DNA from: Malacoraja senta
Lineage: Eukaryota
Direction: 5' to 3'
DNA: 64,000 nucleotides
Assembly (NCBI GenBank): GCA_038087875.1
Contig: CM075988.1
Span: 7,504,001-7,568,000, forward strand
Under the pieces are notes generated by a model, which saw only the letters and a program-made list of their open reading frames with translations, did no database searches and was not told the DNA's origin. This document shows positions 26,990 through 41,184 of the stretch, piece by piece. Each line of letters opens with the position of its first letter. Positions within the stretch are counted from its first letter, which is position 1. Position numbers and translations under genes: made by a program.

Positions 26990-27214
26990 AGGGCCTGTCC
27001 CACTTGGGCGTCATTTGCGCGTCATTTATGCGACATCATTTACGCGTCATGACGCACACATGATGCATGCATGGCATGCATTACGCGCGCATGGTGGGTG
27101 GTGACGTAGGCAGAGATGCGCGGTCGCATGCGGCACCCCAGGATTTTGTGATTCACAAAATCTTCGCTCGCCATCTGCGTGACGCGCAAATGACGCCCAA
27201 GTGAGACAGGCCCA
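26990..27214. mobile_element. PIF/Harbinger-type MITE nested in a Penelope hammerhead unit (26931-27288, minus)
   Basis: TIR AGGGCCTGTCCCACTTGGGCGTCATTTGCGCGTCA. TAA TSD splits the host GCTGGAG-TAA-CTC. Confidence 0.9.
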
Positions 27215-27992
27215 TAACTCTGCGGGTGAGGCAGCATCGATGGAGAGAAGGAATTGGCGACATTTTGGGTCGAGACCCTTCTTCAGACTGTACTGATCTC
27301 CACTGATGATCCAACTCTAATTCCACTGTTGGTTAACCATCCTATGGCTTAATGCCTTAAGGTCACCATTCCGCCACAGCCAAACACTTTGAATAATGTG
27401 ACTGGGGATAAACACATGTTAGTTTTTGTTCTGTTAATTAGCTGTTTAGCTACTTCCAACAAAATAATTCTGGAGACACGACTGGCTATCTTTGCATGGA
27501 TATCAGTCACTTTGCTGTGTTGCTGCTGGAGTGTTTTTTTTAGTCTTCCTGAGTAAACAGATAAACAGAAATTTGCAGTTGAAGTCCAAATAATGCTCAG
27601 AACTGTCCCAAGATAGACTTTCCAGTCCTGGCAATCGATGCAAATCAAAAATATGCAGATGCTGAAACACTGAAGTAAAAAGAGAAAATGCTTGAATAAA
27701 AAGCTAAGGTCTGTGGAAAGAGAATCAAAGTTAATGTTGCAGGTTGAAGAACAACCTTCCCCATATATATTGCGATTAGCTGTGGTTCTGTGTGTGAATG
27801 TTTTTGGTGCTTTGTTGGTCCCACAGTTAAGTCAAGGATAAAAGGAAGATTGTGACACTGCAAGTTACCACTCTTTCCAGATTAAGAAAATGAAGTTTTC
27901 CTCCAACGCCACCTCCAACGTGACCCCACCACTCGCCACATCTTCCCATCTGCCCCCCTGTCTGCCTTCCGCAAAGACTGCTCCCTCCGCAA

Positions 27993-28459
27993 AGGGCCTG
28001 TCCCACGGGCATGCGACTCCATGCGGCAAGCGCGACCTAACCGCAAGCGCGGGCCAAGCGGGGGCCGCGCGGAGGTCGAGTGATCCCCGTACAGGGCAGG
28101 TCCCACCAGCATGTGGCTGCATGCGGCAAGCGCTACCAAATCGGAAGCGGGGGCCGCGCGGAGGTCGAGTGACGTCAAGACGGTGCGTACGGCGGAGAGG
28201 CGGTGCGCACGGCCGTTGAGGCGGTGCGCACAGCCGTCGATGCGGCTCGATGGCCTCGATGCGGCTGCGGGGCGGCAGGCCGTTGCCGCACGGAATTTTT
28301 GAACAGTGTCAGTTTTTCGGAGCCCCGCGCGATGTCGGGACCAGCTCCGCACAACTCCATATGGCTCCGGCGATCGAAGTGGGACCGGCCCCGCGCGGCC
28401 CCCGCTTGCGGTTAGGTCACGCTTGCCGCATGGAGTCGCATGCCCGTGGGACAGGCCCA
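27993..28459. mobile_element. CpG-rich PIF/Harbinger-type MITE nested in Penelope
   Basis: ~65-bp TIRs starting AGGGCCTGTCCCACGGGCATGCGACTCC. TSD CAA/TAA with one mismatch. Confidence 0.9.
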
Positions 28460-28462
28460 TAA

Positions 28463-28926
28463 CTCCCTTGTCAATTCTTCCCTTCACTCCCGCTCCACCC
28501 CCTCCCCGGGCACTTTCCCTTGCAACCGCAAGAGATGCTACACTTGTCGCTTTACCCCCCCCCCTCGACTCCATTCAAGGACCCAAGCAGTCGTTCCAGG
28601 TGCGACAGAGGTTCACCTGCACCTCCTCCAACCTCATCTATTGCATCCGCTGCTCTAGATGTCAGCTGATCTATATCGGTGAGTCCAAGCGGAGGCTTGG
28701 CGATCGTTTCGCCGAACACCTTCGCTCGGTCCGCAATAACCAACCTGACCTCCCGGTGGCTCAGCACTTCAACTCCCCCTCCCATTCCGTATCCGAACTC
28801 TCTGTCCTGGGCCTCCTCCACGGCCAGAGTGAGCAACACCGGAAATTGGAGGAACAGCACCTCATATTCCGCTTGGGTAGTCTGTATCCTGGTGGCATGA
28901 ACATTGAATTCTCACAATTCCGTTAA
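28463..28926 (+). pseudogene. Penelope GIY-YIG endonuclease domain (frameshift in C-run ~28555-28564)
   Basis: NLIYCIRCSRCQLIYIGESKRRLGDRFAEH...VAQHF...EQHLIFRLGSLYPGGMN. Confidence 0.9.
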
Positions 28927-29240
28927 CCCTTGCTGTCTCCTCCCCCTCCTACCTCTCCCTCAGCCCTCGGGCTCCTCCTCCTTTTTCCTTTCTTCTCCCC
29001 GCCTCCCCCCACCCCCTATCAGTCTGAAGAAGGGTTTTGGCCCGAAACGTTGCCTATCTCCTTCACTCCATAGATGCTGTTGCACCCGCTGAGTTTCTCC
29101 AGCATTTTCGTGTACCTTTGATTTTCCAGCATCTGCAGTTCCTTCTTTAATACGAAAATGAAGTGCCTGCAGCTGTGATCGTCAGTCACAAGGGTTCTAA
29201 TACGGGGTAAGCTGCATACTGAGAGAATTTCATTCCTACA

Positions 29241-29550
29241 GGGCAGCCTAGTGGTGCAGTGGTAGAGTTGCTGCCTCACAGCGCCAGATGCCCGGGTTTG
29301 ATCCTGATCTTGGGTGCTGTCTGTGTGGAGTTTGCATGTCCCCCTTGTGATGATGTTGGCTTTTTCTGGGTGCTCTGATTTCTTCCCAAATTTCTTAAGA
29401 TGTGCTGGTTTGTAGGCTTCTTAATTGGCTTCTGTAAATTGTTCCTAGTGTGTAGGATAGAACTAGTGTAAGGGTGATGATTGATTGGCGTGGACTCGGT
29501 GAAGAAGAAGGTGAGCCGAAGGGCCTATTTCCATGCTGTATCTCCTTTAA
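29241..29550 (+). mobile_element. tRNA-derived SINE
   Basis: Consensus head, core and tail. Confidence 0.85.
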
Positions 29551-30181
29551 AAAAAAGTAATTGTCGTTGTGAATGTTAGGGGTACGTTTAGTGTGCGGAG
29601 CACTAAATTAACAGAGCAGAATGTTTTTAAATAGATTTTTTTTTAATTCTCTAAAGATGTTATGTTAGATGTAGCAATTGACTAGATGGTATGTGTAGGA
29701 AGGAACTGCAGATGGTGGTTTACACCGAAGATAGACACAAAATGCTGGGGTAACTCAGCGCGACAGGCAGCATCTCCGGGGAGAAGGAATGTGTGACGTT
29801 TCGGGTCGAGATCCTTCTTCAGACCTGAAGGGTCTCAACCCAAACATCATAGGCCTCTCCAACGTTTTCTTAATTTTGTTCATTGAGTTAACCACTGCCT
29901 TGATGACACATGAGTTTCCAGAATTTCTGAAAGCATGCTATGCATTCAAAGATGCATGGTAGAATTACTGGACTGAATCTCCAGTGGGTAAAGAAATGAT
30001 GGGAAAATCCATTCAAAGAAACCAGTTATTGACAACTAATCAATATTGGGGATATCCTACTGGGATTCTTTCATGGACTCCATCATTCCAATGATTAACG
30101 ACACAGATCATCTTTAGGCTGATAGTAGTTATTTTTGTGTCCCTTGGAATTTTTTGTTAATAGATCCATTTAAACAAAACT

Positions 30182-30410
30182 TGTGTAGGAAGGAACTGCA
30201 GATGCTGATTTACACTGAAGATGGACACACCATGCTGGAGTAACTCAGTGGGTTAGGCCGCACCTCTAAGAATAGGTGCCTTTTCAGGTCGAGACCCTTA
30301 GACTATTAAGGAAGGGTCTGAAAAAGGGTCTCGACCTGAAACGTCACCTATTCCTTTTCTCCAGAGGTGCTGCCTGACCGGCTGAGTTACTCCAGCATTT
30401 TGTGTCTTTC
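30182..30410. mobile_element. Inverted (fold-back) pair of Penelope hammerhead units
   Basis: A minus copy is followed directly by a plus copy; the two meet near the CTGA core (~30300-30320). Confidence 0.8.
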
Positions 30411-33400
30411 TATTTTAGTCTGGTCGTCATTCTTTTGCATCCCTTGGAAAGTTTTGTTAATAGATCCATATAAATAAAAGTTGCTTTTATTGTTGATGAA
30501 GGTGTCCGTGGATGAAATTGCTGAAGGCAAGAATATTTATGCAGTTGTTTGGACTGTGTATTCAAACAGCTGAAAGCAATCTCCATGTTTTGGGTTGAGA
30601 TCTATTATTTCTTGAAGGCCATTAACCTTTGAGAACTGCATTTAGGGCAGGACCAACACTAAGCATCGTAACACTCACAATGCAGAGAAATTAAGCCTCT
30701 GGTGAGAAAAGATGATGATTAATGTCTTGTTCTATACCTCTTGGAGTTCACAGCAAGGTCACAACGTTATAGCCCATGCAGGTCGATCCAGGCTACTGTC
30801 CCAAGATTATTAATTCCAAAATGAAGCATGTCATTTTGAAGTTGGTTAGGTCTCACTTAAATCAATGTGAACAGATTGTTGGATTTCTCTCGGTTTTACG
30901 TGTTATTAGATTGTAGGTGTGTATTATTAAATATTTGCAATAGGGTCAGAAATGCTAGTTTTAGTTCAGAAAATTGAAACCACCCAGACAGGCTTGAAGA
31001 TTTTGTTTTTTTTAACTTAAGCCTCAAGTAATTTGATCGAGGTCTAAAATAATGAAGGGATTATATGCTGTGCTCACTCATACATTATTTCAAGCAGATA
31101 GCTTGTGGAAGACCAATGCATTATGTGGATGATTACATTGTGAGTCCTGAGGAGCAGGCCAGAAGATATGGTGGCAAGTCCCAGCCTGATTTTTGTCATC
31201 CTGTCTGGATCCCTGTCCGAAAGAAAATGCTATCTGTCCTCTTGTCTCCCTATTAATAAGTAATAGGAACTTGAAGTTTTTTTTTCACTCTGAGGGTGGT
31301 GGGTGTATGGAACGAGCTGCCAGAGGAGGTAGTTGAGGCAGGTACTCGAACAACATTTTAAATATATTTGGACAGGCACCTGGAGGGGCGGGGGGTGGGG
31401 GGGTTGATGGGGCAGAGAGAAGGAACACCGTAAATCCTGGAATGCTCTGCCCAAACGCTCTGAGAGCATCTTCACCAGTAGAACACGGATAGGACAGTTT
31501 TGGAGCGATATGGGCCAAACGCGGGCAGGTGGGACTAGTGTTGCTGGGACATGTTGGCCGTTGTGCGCAAGTTGGGCCGAAGGGCCTATTTCCACTCTGT
31601 ATGACTATGACTGCAGTGTTTTAAGAAGATGGGAACCGATCTTTTCTCAAAAGTAGTTGAGAATCAACAAGAAATGCCAACCTTGCCAACGATTCTTCCG
31701 TCCTGTAAATGAACAATGAAAGAGAATAGTGGACCATTCTGAGATCACAATGCAGCGATCTACCAAATGACCATGAGGTATTTTGTGTAACTTTTCAAGT
31801 ACTTGCCTGTGACCACAATATTGAGATGTTATATATGAATTTCTTCCACTGGCATGCAGCTCTTTTCTCTTTGAGCCATGAGCCTGAATCTGTTGTGAGA
31901 GAAATTATATGCAGTCTGGGCCTTGTTCCCAGTGGGCATGCTGACGGCAAAAAGCTATCTCGAGTTCAATATAAATTGGCACTTCATGGTTGCCATGGCC
32001 ACAAAGATGGGAGGTGTGGGGAAATAGAATTGTCACTTCAATAAAAGATGTTGTGAACTTGGAATAGAATTGAAGCTTTACTGTGCATATAAACTGCTGC
32101 ATCCAACCAAGTAAATCATTTTAAAGTGACATGGATAGATGGCGCCTTGGGATGTTTTAAAATCATTAAAATTAAGCTGCATTAGCCAAGCTTCCGTAGA
32201 AAATCCAAGATTTTCGAAACTGCTTGAGGCAGATGGGAGACCATTGGTTTGGCAGACATCTCCGTGCATGGTAATAACGTATCGTTGAAGAGAAATGCAA
32301 ATATTTAGGGCAGTGGAGTTCATTATATAACCTCAAACAACTTTATAGGTTCTTGATTCATAAGGATGTCAAGAGTTACCAGGAGAAGACAGGTGAATGG
32401 GGTTCAGAGGGAACGGTAGATCAGCCATGATTAAATGGCAGAGTAGACTTGATGGGACGAATTGCCAAATTCTACTCCTATGACATGAACAGTGAACAAT
32501 GCCACCTATTTTTACCCATGGCTCTCTGTAGACTTGCAAGTCAATTTGTATCTTCATTTTCATTGATTGTGTGAGATCCACCAGGCCCAGGTGGGTGTTC
32601 AGCCAAACTTGATGACGAAGCAATAAGACCAAAATAAGCGATTGTTAAGGCCATTGCTAATATATCCAGGTTCCCTTGGGGCAATATCTGATGTTCATTT
32701 GTGTTTTTCATGTGATGGCATGATCAAATATTTGCATGCTTGAACATTTTAGTGTGCCCTAAAAGGTGGCGCACTTTACCCATAAGCCCACCACGCATAA
32801 TTGAGTTTGAAAATGGCACCCATCCTACATCAGGATTGGTAGTCATCCGGTTGGGGAAGAGGAAGGATCAGAGACATTTGAGGATGAATGGATTGGGATC
32901 AGGGGGGCTGGTGTATCTTGGAGAAGGGAGATTGGAGAGGCTTACAGCAATTGTTTGATGAGAACCATTGGGGCAACCAGCATATTAATATGGGATAAGG
33001 AGTAGATTGGGAGGTGTAGCTTGAGCATCTGGGGCATACGGATAGCAATAGAGACTCGTGGAGTTGCAGGGAGGCACTTGGAATATTTTGAAGGACCAGG
33101 AAACCAAGAAACCAGGAGCCTCTGGTCATTTGGTGGGTAGTGCAGTGCAAAAACATTTGGCAGTCTTAAGGCATAAGTAAGCATTTTGGTTATCTGTAGA
33201 TCTCCCTGTTTAGTGCCAGACGTGTCAGGACCAAGTCATGAGGTGCTTAGTGTAATGAAAATTAGGTAAAATGCTGCAAATTTTGTTACAAGAGGCATGT
33301 TGCACGGGGAAAGATATTATCTGCTCAACCTTGATGTGGAATTGACCGGGGCTATAAGGGTGACTCATGCCTGGTTAAGTTCCCTGACCAGATTAAATGC

Positions 33401-35666
33401 CATATTTGCTGGGTTAACGTTTTGTTTGAGTTGAATAGTGCTGAAAGGGAATTGCAATGCAACCTAGGCCACAGTTTTGGGGAGTGTAATGAGTCATGAA
33501 TCCCATTGTTTCATGGTACAATGTCATCTGCAGGGGTGCCTCCCATGATATCCAGCTTTAAGGCACACACTCTATGGGTGACCGAAACCTTTGGAGAGTA
33601 CTGAATATGTGGACATGGGAGGGGTGGTGGTCAGTTGAAGAGAGTCGAAGAAGAATCAAGGGGATGAAACTGCAAGAAACGAACCTTCAGCCAGATTTTT
33701 TGTATTAATTCAGTGATCATTTGATTTCTCTTTTATTTCTCGCTTTCCTTGACTGCTAAAGTATAAACATATCAAAAATTAATTACGTTTCTTGTTGTAT
33801 TGAAGCTGTATTCCCAATTCTAGTAATAACAAAAGGGGATTTAATTGAAGATTTTGATAATTGAAGATATTTAAATGAAGATATTTAAATGAAGATTTTG
33901 CATTTGATATTACTTGTTAATATTAATATTTTTAATATTTTGGGCACAGTGTGCTGACAGTGAGTTCTTTACTAGCAATGGACTAATGTAACAGCTGTCT
34001 CAAACATTGAGCGCAGTCAGCCGAAAAGTAAGTTTTATATTTCATTACTTTTTAAAGGATAAATATTTCCTCGGGATTTATGAATCAGTAGATTGTCCAG
34101 TAGATTGTCCTGGTGTTACAAGCAAGAGTTTAGATGAAATATAATGTTGGGGCGCATTGGATCAATGGCAGGATTTGAAGGCACAATGTCATGTTTTAAA
34201 GCTATGCTGTTTTGATTTCAAATTTATTTCACAAATTGTGCTCTAGTTTATCAAGAAAATATCTGAAGTTCAAATTGTTACATTAAACGATGCTTGAGGT
34301 GGTTCCGTAAGGGTAGTTTCGACTATTTGTGCACATGTAAGAACTTGTAGTGAAAGAGGTTGACACGGTATGCTTTATTAAATCGGTGGGCTTTTGTGCA
34401 CTGCACCATGGATACAATACCAAACATTTTTTAGTTCAAAAATATATAATTATGGTGAAAAATAGTACTGGTGATAAAAGTGGCTGCAGATAGTGTGAGC
34501 AATGGCATCACGGTGGCATCGATCACCCACAAAATGACTTCTATAGCTGTATGCTGGGACTAGGCTTTTATTCACTTGGCCTAACAAGGAATATAATGAG
34601 AAAAAGCCAATGCGGATAATGAACAGATGCAAATAACTAATGAACAAAGCTGTGTTTAGTTGCAAGAGAGAATGAATGCATGCCACAGTCAGAGCTCCAC
34701 CAGCATCCCCTGCCCCATTCCTCCTTGCAATTTATCCTCTCTCTCTCACGTGCACATTGACTCCCCTTTGATTCTTTTGCTACTTGCTCAGATTAAGAGG
34801 TAATTTACAATAGTCAATTAACCTACCGGCACGTTTTTGGGATGTGTGAATATGTGTGCAGGAGTTACAAAAGCCTGACGTTGTACATCACTAGTTATTC
34901 AGGAACAGATACTTTCCAACAATCATCATGTTCTTTAACCAACCTGGACGACCCTAACTAACTGGACAATGGAACACTATGGACCACTATGGACCATCTC
35001 CTGCACTACCACAGACTAGTTTTTTTCTAATTGTTTTGCACTAAAGTTCCTTTTTTGCACACTTTTTTCTTTTTTTACTATCATGCAGAATTTTGTGTAA
35101 TTTAGCTATAATTTATGTATATTTGTGTATCTGAATCTATGTGCCTGTGCAGGGGTGGAAATCGCTATCAAAACATGGGGGGGGGGCACAATTATTTGGC
35201 GGCTGTATGCACACACATGCACGAAGCTTCGGTCGTGGGCCCGGTGGACGATAACATCGGGAGCTGACCTGGGTGGTGACCGACTCTGAACCCCACCAAC
35301 AGCAGCTTCGTCCACCCCGAATCGTGGGGCTTCATTCGGCCCGTTGGAGGGGCCTTTCATCGCCCGGCGCGGTTTAAAACCAGCCGCGGGATCTTCCATT
35401 GCCCTGCGGGGGCTTCAACATCGGGAGCCTCGATCGCCTTGACTATGCAATTTGACCGGGGGGCGATGGAAAATCCCGCGGCCAATTTTAAGCCGCGCCG
35501 GCTGATGAAAGGCCCCGCGGACGGGCCGTTTGAAGCTCCGCTCTATGATCTTTGCACCACCAGGACGTCTCCCTCCTCCAATCACCACTCTCTATCCTCA
35601 GTCCCACCCCCCTACTTCCGCCTCTGGTCCGACACCTCCCTCTTCCAATCATCACGCTGAATCATC

Positions 35667-36922
35667 ATGTTTTTCGAGGATGTAGCTAGTAGAGTGGATA
35701 AGGGAGAACGAGTGGATATGTTGTATCTGGACTTTCAGAAGGCTTTCGACAAGGTCCCACATAAGAGATTAGTATGCAAACTTAAAGCACACGGTATTGG
35801 GGGTTCAGAATTGACGTGGATAGAGAACTGGCTGGCAGACAGGAAGCAAAGAGTAGGAGTTAACAGGTCCTTTTCAGAATGGCAGGCAGTGACTAGTGGG
35901 GTACCGCAAGGCTCAGTGCTGGGACCCCAGCTATTTACAATATATATTAATGATTTGGACGAGGGAATTGAATGCAACATCTCCAAGTTTGCAGATGACA
36001 CGAAGCTGGGGGGCAGTGTTAGCTGTGAGGAGGGTGCTAGGAGGCTGCAAGATGACTTAGATAGGCTGGGTGAGTGGGCAAATGCATGGCAGATGCAGTA
36101 TAATGTGGATAAATGTGAGGTTATCCACTTTGGTGGCAAAAACAGGAAAGTAGACTATTACCTGAATGGTGGCCGATTAGGAAAAGGGGAGATGCAATGA
36201 GACCTGGGTGTCATGGTACACCAGTCATTGAAAGTAGGCATGCAGGTGCAGCAGGCAGTGGAGAAAGCGAATGGTATGTTACCATTCATAGCAAAAGGAT
36301 TTGAGTATAGGAGCAGGGAGGTTCTACTGCAGTTGTACAGGGTCTTGGTGAGACCACACCTGGAGTATTTCGTACAGTTTTGGTCTCCTAATCTGAGGAA
36401 AGACATTCTTGCCATAGAGGGAGTACAGAGAAGGTTCACCAGACTGATTCCTGGGATGTCAGGACTTTCATATGAAGAAAGACTGGACAGACTCGGCTTG
36501 TACTCGCTAGAATTTAGAAGATTGAGGGGGGATCTTATAGAAACTTACAAAATTCTTAAGGGGTTGGACAGTCCAGATGCAGGAAGATTGTTCCCGATGT
36601 TGGGGAAGTCCAGAACAAGGGGTCACAGTTTAAGGATAAAGGGGAAATCTTTTAGGACTGAGATGAGAAAAACATTTTTTACACAGAGAGTGGTGAATCT
36701 CCGGAATTCTCTGCCACAGAATGTAGTTGCGGCCAGTTCATTGGCTATATTTAAGAGGGAGTTAGATGTGGCCCTTGTGGCTAAAGGGATCAGGGGGTAT
36801 GGAGAGAAAGCAGGTACAGGATACTGAGTTGGATGATCAGCCATGATCATATTGAATGGCGGTGCAGGCTCGAAGGGCCGAATGGCCTACTCCTGCACCT
36901 ATTTTCTATATTTCTATGTTTC
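35667..36922 (+). mobile_element. CR1 (HER1-like) LINE, 5'-truncated, RT region nearly intact
   Basis: YLDFQKAFDKVPH, GVPQGSVLGP, KFADDTKL, RPHLEY. One in-frame TGA at 36198-36200 (probable CpG decay of CGA). (TTTCTATG)-like tail. Confidence 0.95.
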
Positions 36923-38821
36923 TGTGAGGGCAATAGTTAGGGTAAATGCACAGTGCTTTACCCAGAGGGGGGAATCAAGAACCAGAGGACATAGGTTAAG
37001 ATGAGAGGGAAAAGATTTGATGGGAACCCGAGGGGCAACTTTTTCACACTGTGGGTACATGGAATGAGCTGCCAGAGGAGGTAGTTGAGGCAAATACAAT
37101 GACAACATTTAAAAGACAATTGGACAGGTACATGGATAGGAATGGTTTTGAGGGATATGGGCCAAATGTAAGCAAATGGGGCTTAGATGGGGCATCTTGG
37201 TTGGCATGGACGCGTGGGGCCTGTATCCGTGCTCCTTTACTTGATAAGATCACGCCCAGAAGCCTGGCAGTGTGAGACACCCCAGCACTACATGGTATTC
37301 CACTGCACCACCCAATAGTTTCATTATTGTTTTAATGGATATAACAATTAGTGATATTTATACCACTGTTAATAGTGATAAATATGTAGCTGCATCATTC
37401 CATTAAGAATAGGAGAAGAAAGCATGGACAGGCAACATCTCGGGAGAGAAGGAATGGGTGATATTTTGGGTCGCGACCCTTCTTCAGACAGGTTGTGGGA
37501 ATTGGCTGATCAGTCTCCAGATATATTTCCTAATCGCTCGTAAATTGGGTTGCATTCCTGATGCATCATGTCAAAGGAGCACGACACTGGTACGGACTTA
37601 GCCGAGCCACTTTCCACCAGAACCTCTGTACTACGGCTGCAGTATATTAACGCACTTAATATGATGCAAGCTGCCCTGGAGACCGGCTTCCTTTGTGTTG
37701 ATCTCTCTGATCTTTCCACGCAGAGTCCAGAATACATAATGAATCCTGACTTCCAGATGCCATGCAGTTGTTTTCTCTTGGTGCTCTGGTGTTTATAGAC
37801 TTAGATCCCACAATAAAAATGAGGCCGCTTCTGTCATTTTTTTTCTTTTTGCCTCCTGATTCCTTCTCTGCACTTGGGATAATACAGATCCAATTAAATT
37901 GGTAATTCAATGTTTGGTAATTTAAGACTTGTTATTTTTGCCTATCATCACCCTAATTGATAATAAAAAATAGCACAGCATCCCACCCATATCTCTGGAA
38001 ATTTGGATTGACTGTTGTACTGTTGTAGTGTATTTAGAATGAGGAAAATAGTCCCCATCTTGTATATATTTTAAAAATGTGGAATCCACTCATAACTCTT
38101 GTAACAGTTTTCTCAGTGAAATTCCTCTTTTGAAATTGGTTCTGATTTCCACGGAGTTTACCATAATCTACAACAAAATGTGCGGCAAATCATGTCGTTA
38201 TTTTGCGCAATACTTTGATGCAAATGTTTATGGTCTAAGAGTCTACACCTATTTGAACACTGTCATGCTAGTCTTAAAGAAAAATACAGTGCTGGAGTAA
38301 CTGAGCAGGTCAGGCAGCATCCCTGGAGAACTTGGAAAGGTGACACTTTGTGTCAGGACCCTTATGAAGAATTATATACAATTCTGAAGAAGGGTCCCGA
38401 CCTGAAACATCATCCATCTATGTCCTCCAGAGATGCTGCCTGGCCCGCTGAGTTTCTTCATCTTTATAAACCAGCATCTGTTCCTTGTTTCGACATCAAA
38501 CTAACCTATTGTTTTCTTCTTGGTGTGTTTGCCTCCTTGCATACATTTATTTTATTTGCCTCGGCAACTGGAGTTCCACATTCCTGCCATTGAAGAAATG
38601 TTTCTCTTGAACTTTCTACTGATTCCATCTTTATGAGCCCTAGTCTTTGTGCACTCTATACAATTGATATTCATACATCGGATCTAATTGAATGTCAGCT
38701 GCTTTGCAACAGCTACTATGGACCAAGTCAATCTCCTTGTATAGTTTAACGTCTTAATTAGTCAGATCCTTGATTTGCACAATGCTGTAATCCTCGTTTA
38801 TTCCATGTAATTATGAATTTA

Positions 38822-39125
38822 GGAGTGGCACAGTGCCACAGCGGTAGAGTTGCTGCCTTGCAGCGCCAGCGACCCGAGTTAGATTCTGACTACGGGTGCT
38901 GTCTGTACGTAGTTTGTACGTTCTCTCGGTGACCACATGGGTTTTCTTCAGGTGCTCCAGTTTCCTCCCACACCCCAAAGACGTACAGCTTTGTAAGTTA
39001 GTTGGCTTCAATAAAGTTGCAAATTGTCCCTAGTGTGTAGGATAGTGCTCATATGCGGGATGATCGCTGGTCGGTGCGGAATCAATGGGCCAAAGGACCT
39101 GTTTCCACACTGTATCTCAAAAGTC
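38822..39125 (+). mobile_element. tRNA-derived SINE, full length
   Basis: Consensus head, core and tail. Confidence 0.85.
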
Positions 39126-39479
39126 TTTCGACCTAAGTACAAAATGTTTTCAGATGCCTAAATTGTTCTTGGTCTTTCCTAGTTAACCACTGCCAAGTTT
39201 CATTTTGAAGATCGAGATATGTCATTGCCCCTCTCAGATATTTGCTTCATACGTTTTCAATTTAGTTTGGATTAGCAATGAGATGACTGACTGTTACAAA
39301 GCTTTGTTTCCATTGGCATTTCTATCTAAGAATTCCACATGTTACAAATGGGGTCCTGTCACGTTCTATTAATTCACTACTTGTGTGTTGGCAGGCTAAT
39401 CATGAAGAAGTCATCAACTCAGCCACAATCTAATTCCATCCAATTATGACTGGGACCTACTTCATGCAAGAGGCTTAGA

Positions 39480-40910
39480 TGGGCCAGAATTAGTTTGGTG
39501 CATCCAATAGAGTTTTTTTGAAACAGTATGTGGATATTCTAACTCAAGGGACCATTCTGGACCTTGTATAGGGAAACAAACCTGGCTGGGTGACTACCAT
39601 TTCAATGGGAGATAACTTCAATGGGAATAGTGACCAAAAGTTTTAAGATAGTTATGAATAAGGATAGATCTGGTCCTTAGGGGGAAGTACTAAACTGGGG
39701 AGGCAACAATGATAAACAGGAGGTTTGACCTGAAGCTGTTAAATGGATAAGTTCGCATCTCACATGTGGGTGTTATTTAAATAGCAGCTAATCAGAGTTC
39801 AGGACCAGTGTGTTCTAGTTAGGGGGAGGGTCAAGATGGCAAAGTAGGAGAACCTTGGATGATGAGAGAGGTTATGAGTATTGGTCAAAATGAAGAGGGG
39901 AGCATATGTGTGCTTTAGGAAGATGAACAGACAAGGCATTTGAGAAATATAAAGAAAGCAGGAAAGAACAAACAGACAATGAGGAAGGCCAGAAAGGCCT
40001 ATGAAATGTCATTGGCATCAGATGAAAGAAAATCCCAAATTATGCGTTAATAACAAGGGAGGGGGGGGGGGGGGTAACTAGGGTAGGGTAGGACTACACA
40101 AGGGTAAAGGGGGGAATTAATGCTTGGAGTGAGAGGATGTAATTGAGTTTCTAAATGAGTACTTTGCATCTGTATTCACCAAGGAGCAGGACATTGAGGG
40201 TAGTGAAATCAGGGGGAGAATGCTAAAATATAGGGTCAGGCATCATCTATAGAGGGAATAGGTAGGCAATCTTTTGGGTCAGGAATTTTTTTTCGTCTGA
40301 AAAAGGGTTTTGACCTGAAGCGTCGCCTATCCACTCCCTCAACAGATGCTGTTTGACCTGCTGAGTTACTCCAGCACCTTGTGTTTTGGATGAAAATGTA
40401 GAAGGATTTGTTAGTCAGTTTGCAGACAACACAAAAATTGGTGAAGTTGCTAATAGTGAAGAAGGCTCGTCAAAGGATACAGAAGGATCAATTAGTTACA
40501 GATATGGGTGGAGAGATGGCAGATGGAGTATAATCTGGGAATGTGTGAGGTGTTGCATTTGGGTGGTCAATTGTAAGGGGAGGTACAGTTAATGACAGAA
40601 CCACCAATGGCATTAATGTACAGAGGGATCTTGGGTTCCAAATCCATAGCTCATTGAAAGTAGACTGGTAAAGTGGACTGGTGCATGGTATGCTTGCCTT
40701 CATTAGTGGGGGCATTGTGTATAAGAGTCAGGAAGTCATGTTACAGATTTATAAAGCTGTTGATTGAGCTACATTTGGAGTGTTTGTGTGCATTTCTGGT
40801 TGTCCTAGTGCAGGATGGATGTGGGTGCTTTGGAGAGCGTACCAAATAATTTTTACAGATTGGACACAAATTAGATGAAATTAGATATAAAGAGAGGTTG
40901 GATAAACTAA
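39480..40910 (+). mobile_element. Old degraded CR1 LINE with a Penelope-unit insert (~40296-40388)
   Basis: ILDLV.GN, FLNEYFASVFTKE and SQFADNTKIG relics. Confidence 0.75.
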
Positions 40911-41184
40911 GTACAAACCACTGCAGATGTTGGTTGCTACACAAAAGGGCACAAAGTGCAGGAGTAACTCAGCAGTTCAGGCAGTATCCCTGGTAGGTGA
41001 CGTTTCGGGTCATGACCCTTCTTCAGACTGATCTTGATGCAAGGTCAACACACATCTTTACCAGACTACTTGGCAGGAGTGACTCTTTCTGAGTTCATCA
41101 GTGTACATTGCTGCTCTGTATATCCTCTCCTCCTGTTCCCTTTTGGCTCCCTCTGTACTTTTCCACTTCTCCTTGCTCCTCGAA

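Larger units (their letters stand above)
27897..29153 (+). mobile_element. Penelope-like element (Neptune-type Cys linker), 5'-truncated, with 11-bp TSD
   Basis: TSD GAAAATGAAGT at 27886-27896 and 29154-29164. Linker FPCNRKRCYTC. Terminal repeat with hammerhead core at 29024-29051. Confidence 0.92.

Noticed and set aside
27882..28574. 230-aa minus-strand ORF and other GC-rich ORFs here
   Set aside because: They span a GC-rich palindromic MITE and antisense Penelope sequence, so stop-codon scarcity explains them.
35502..35540. CTGATGA...GAAGCTC as another hammerhead
   Set aside because: GAAA is incomplete, there is no stem I, and the inverted partner copy lacks CTGA.
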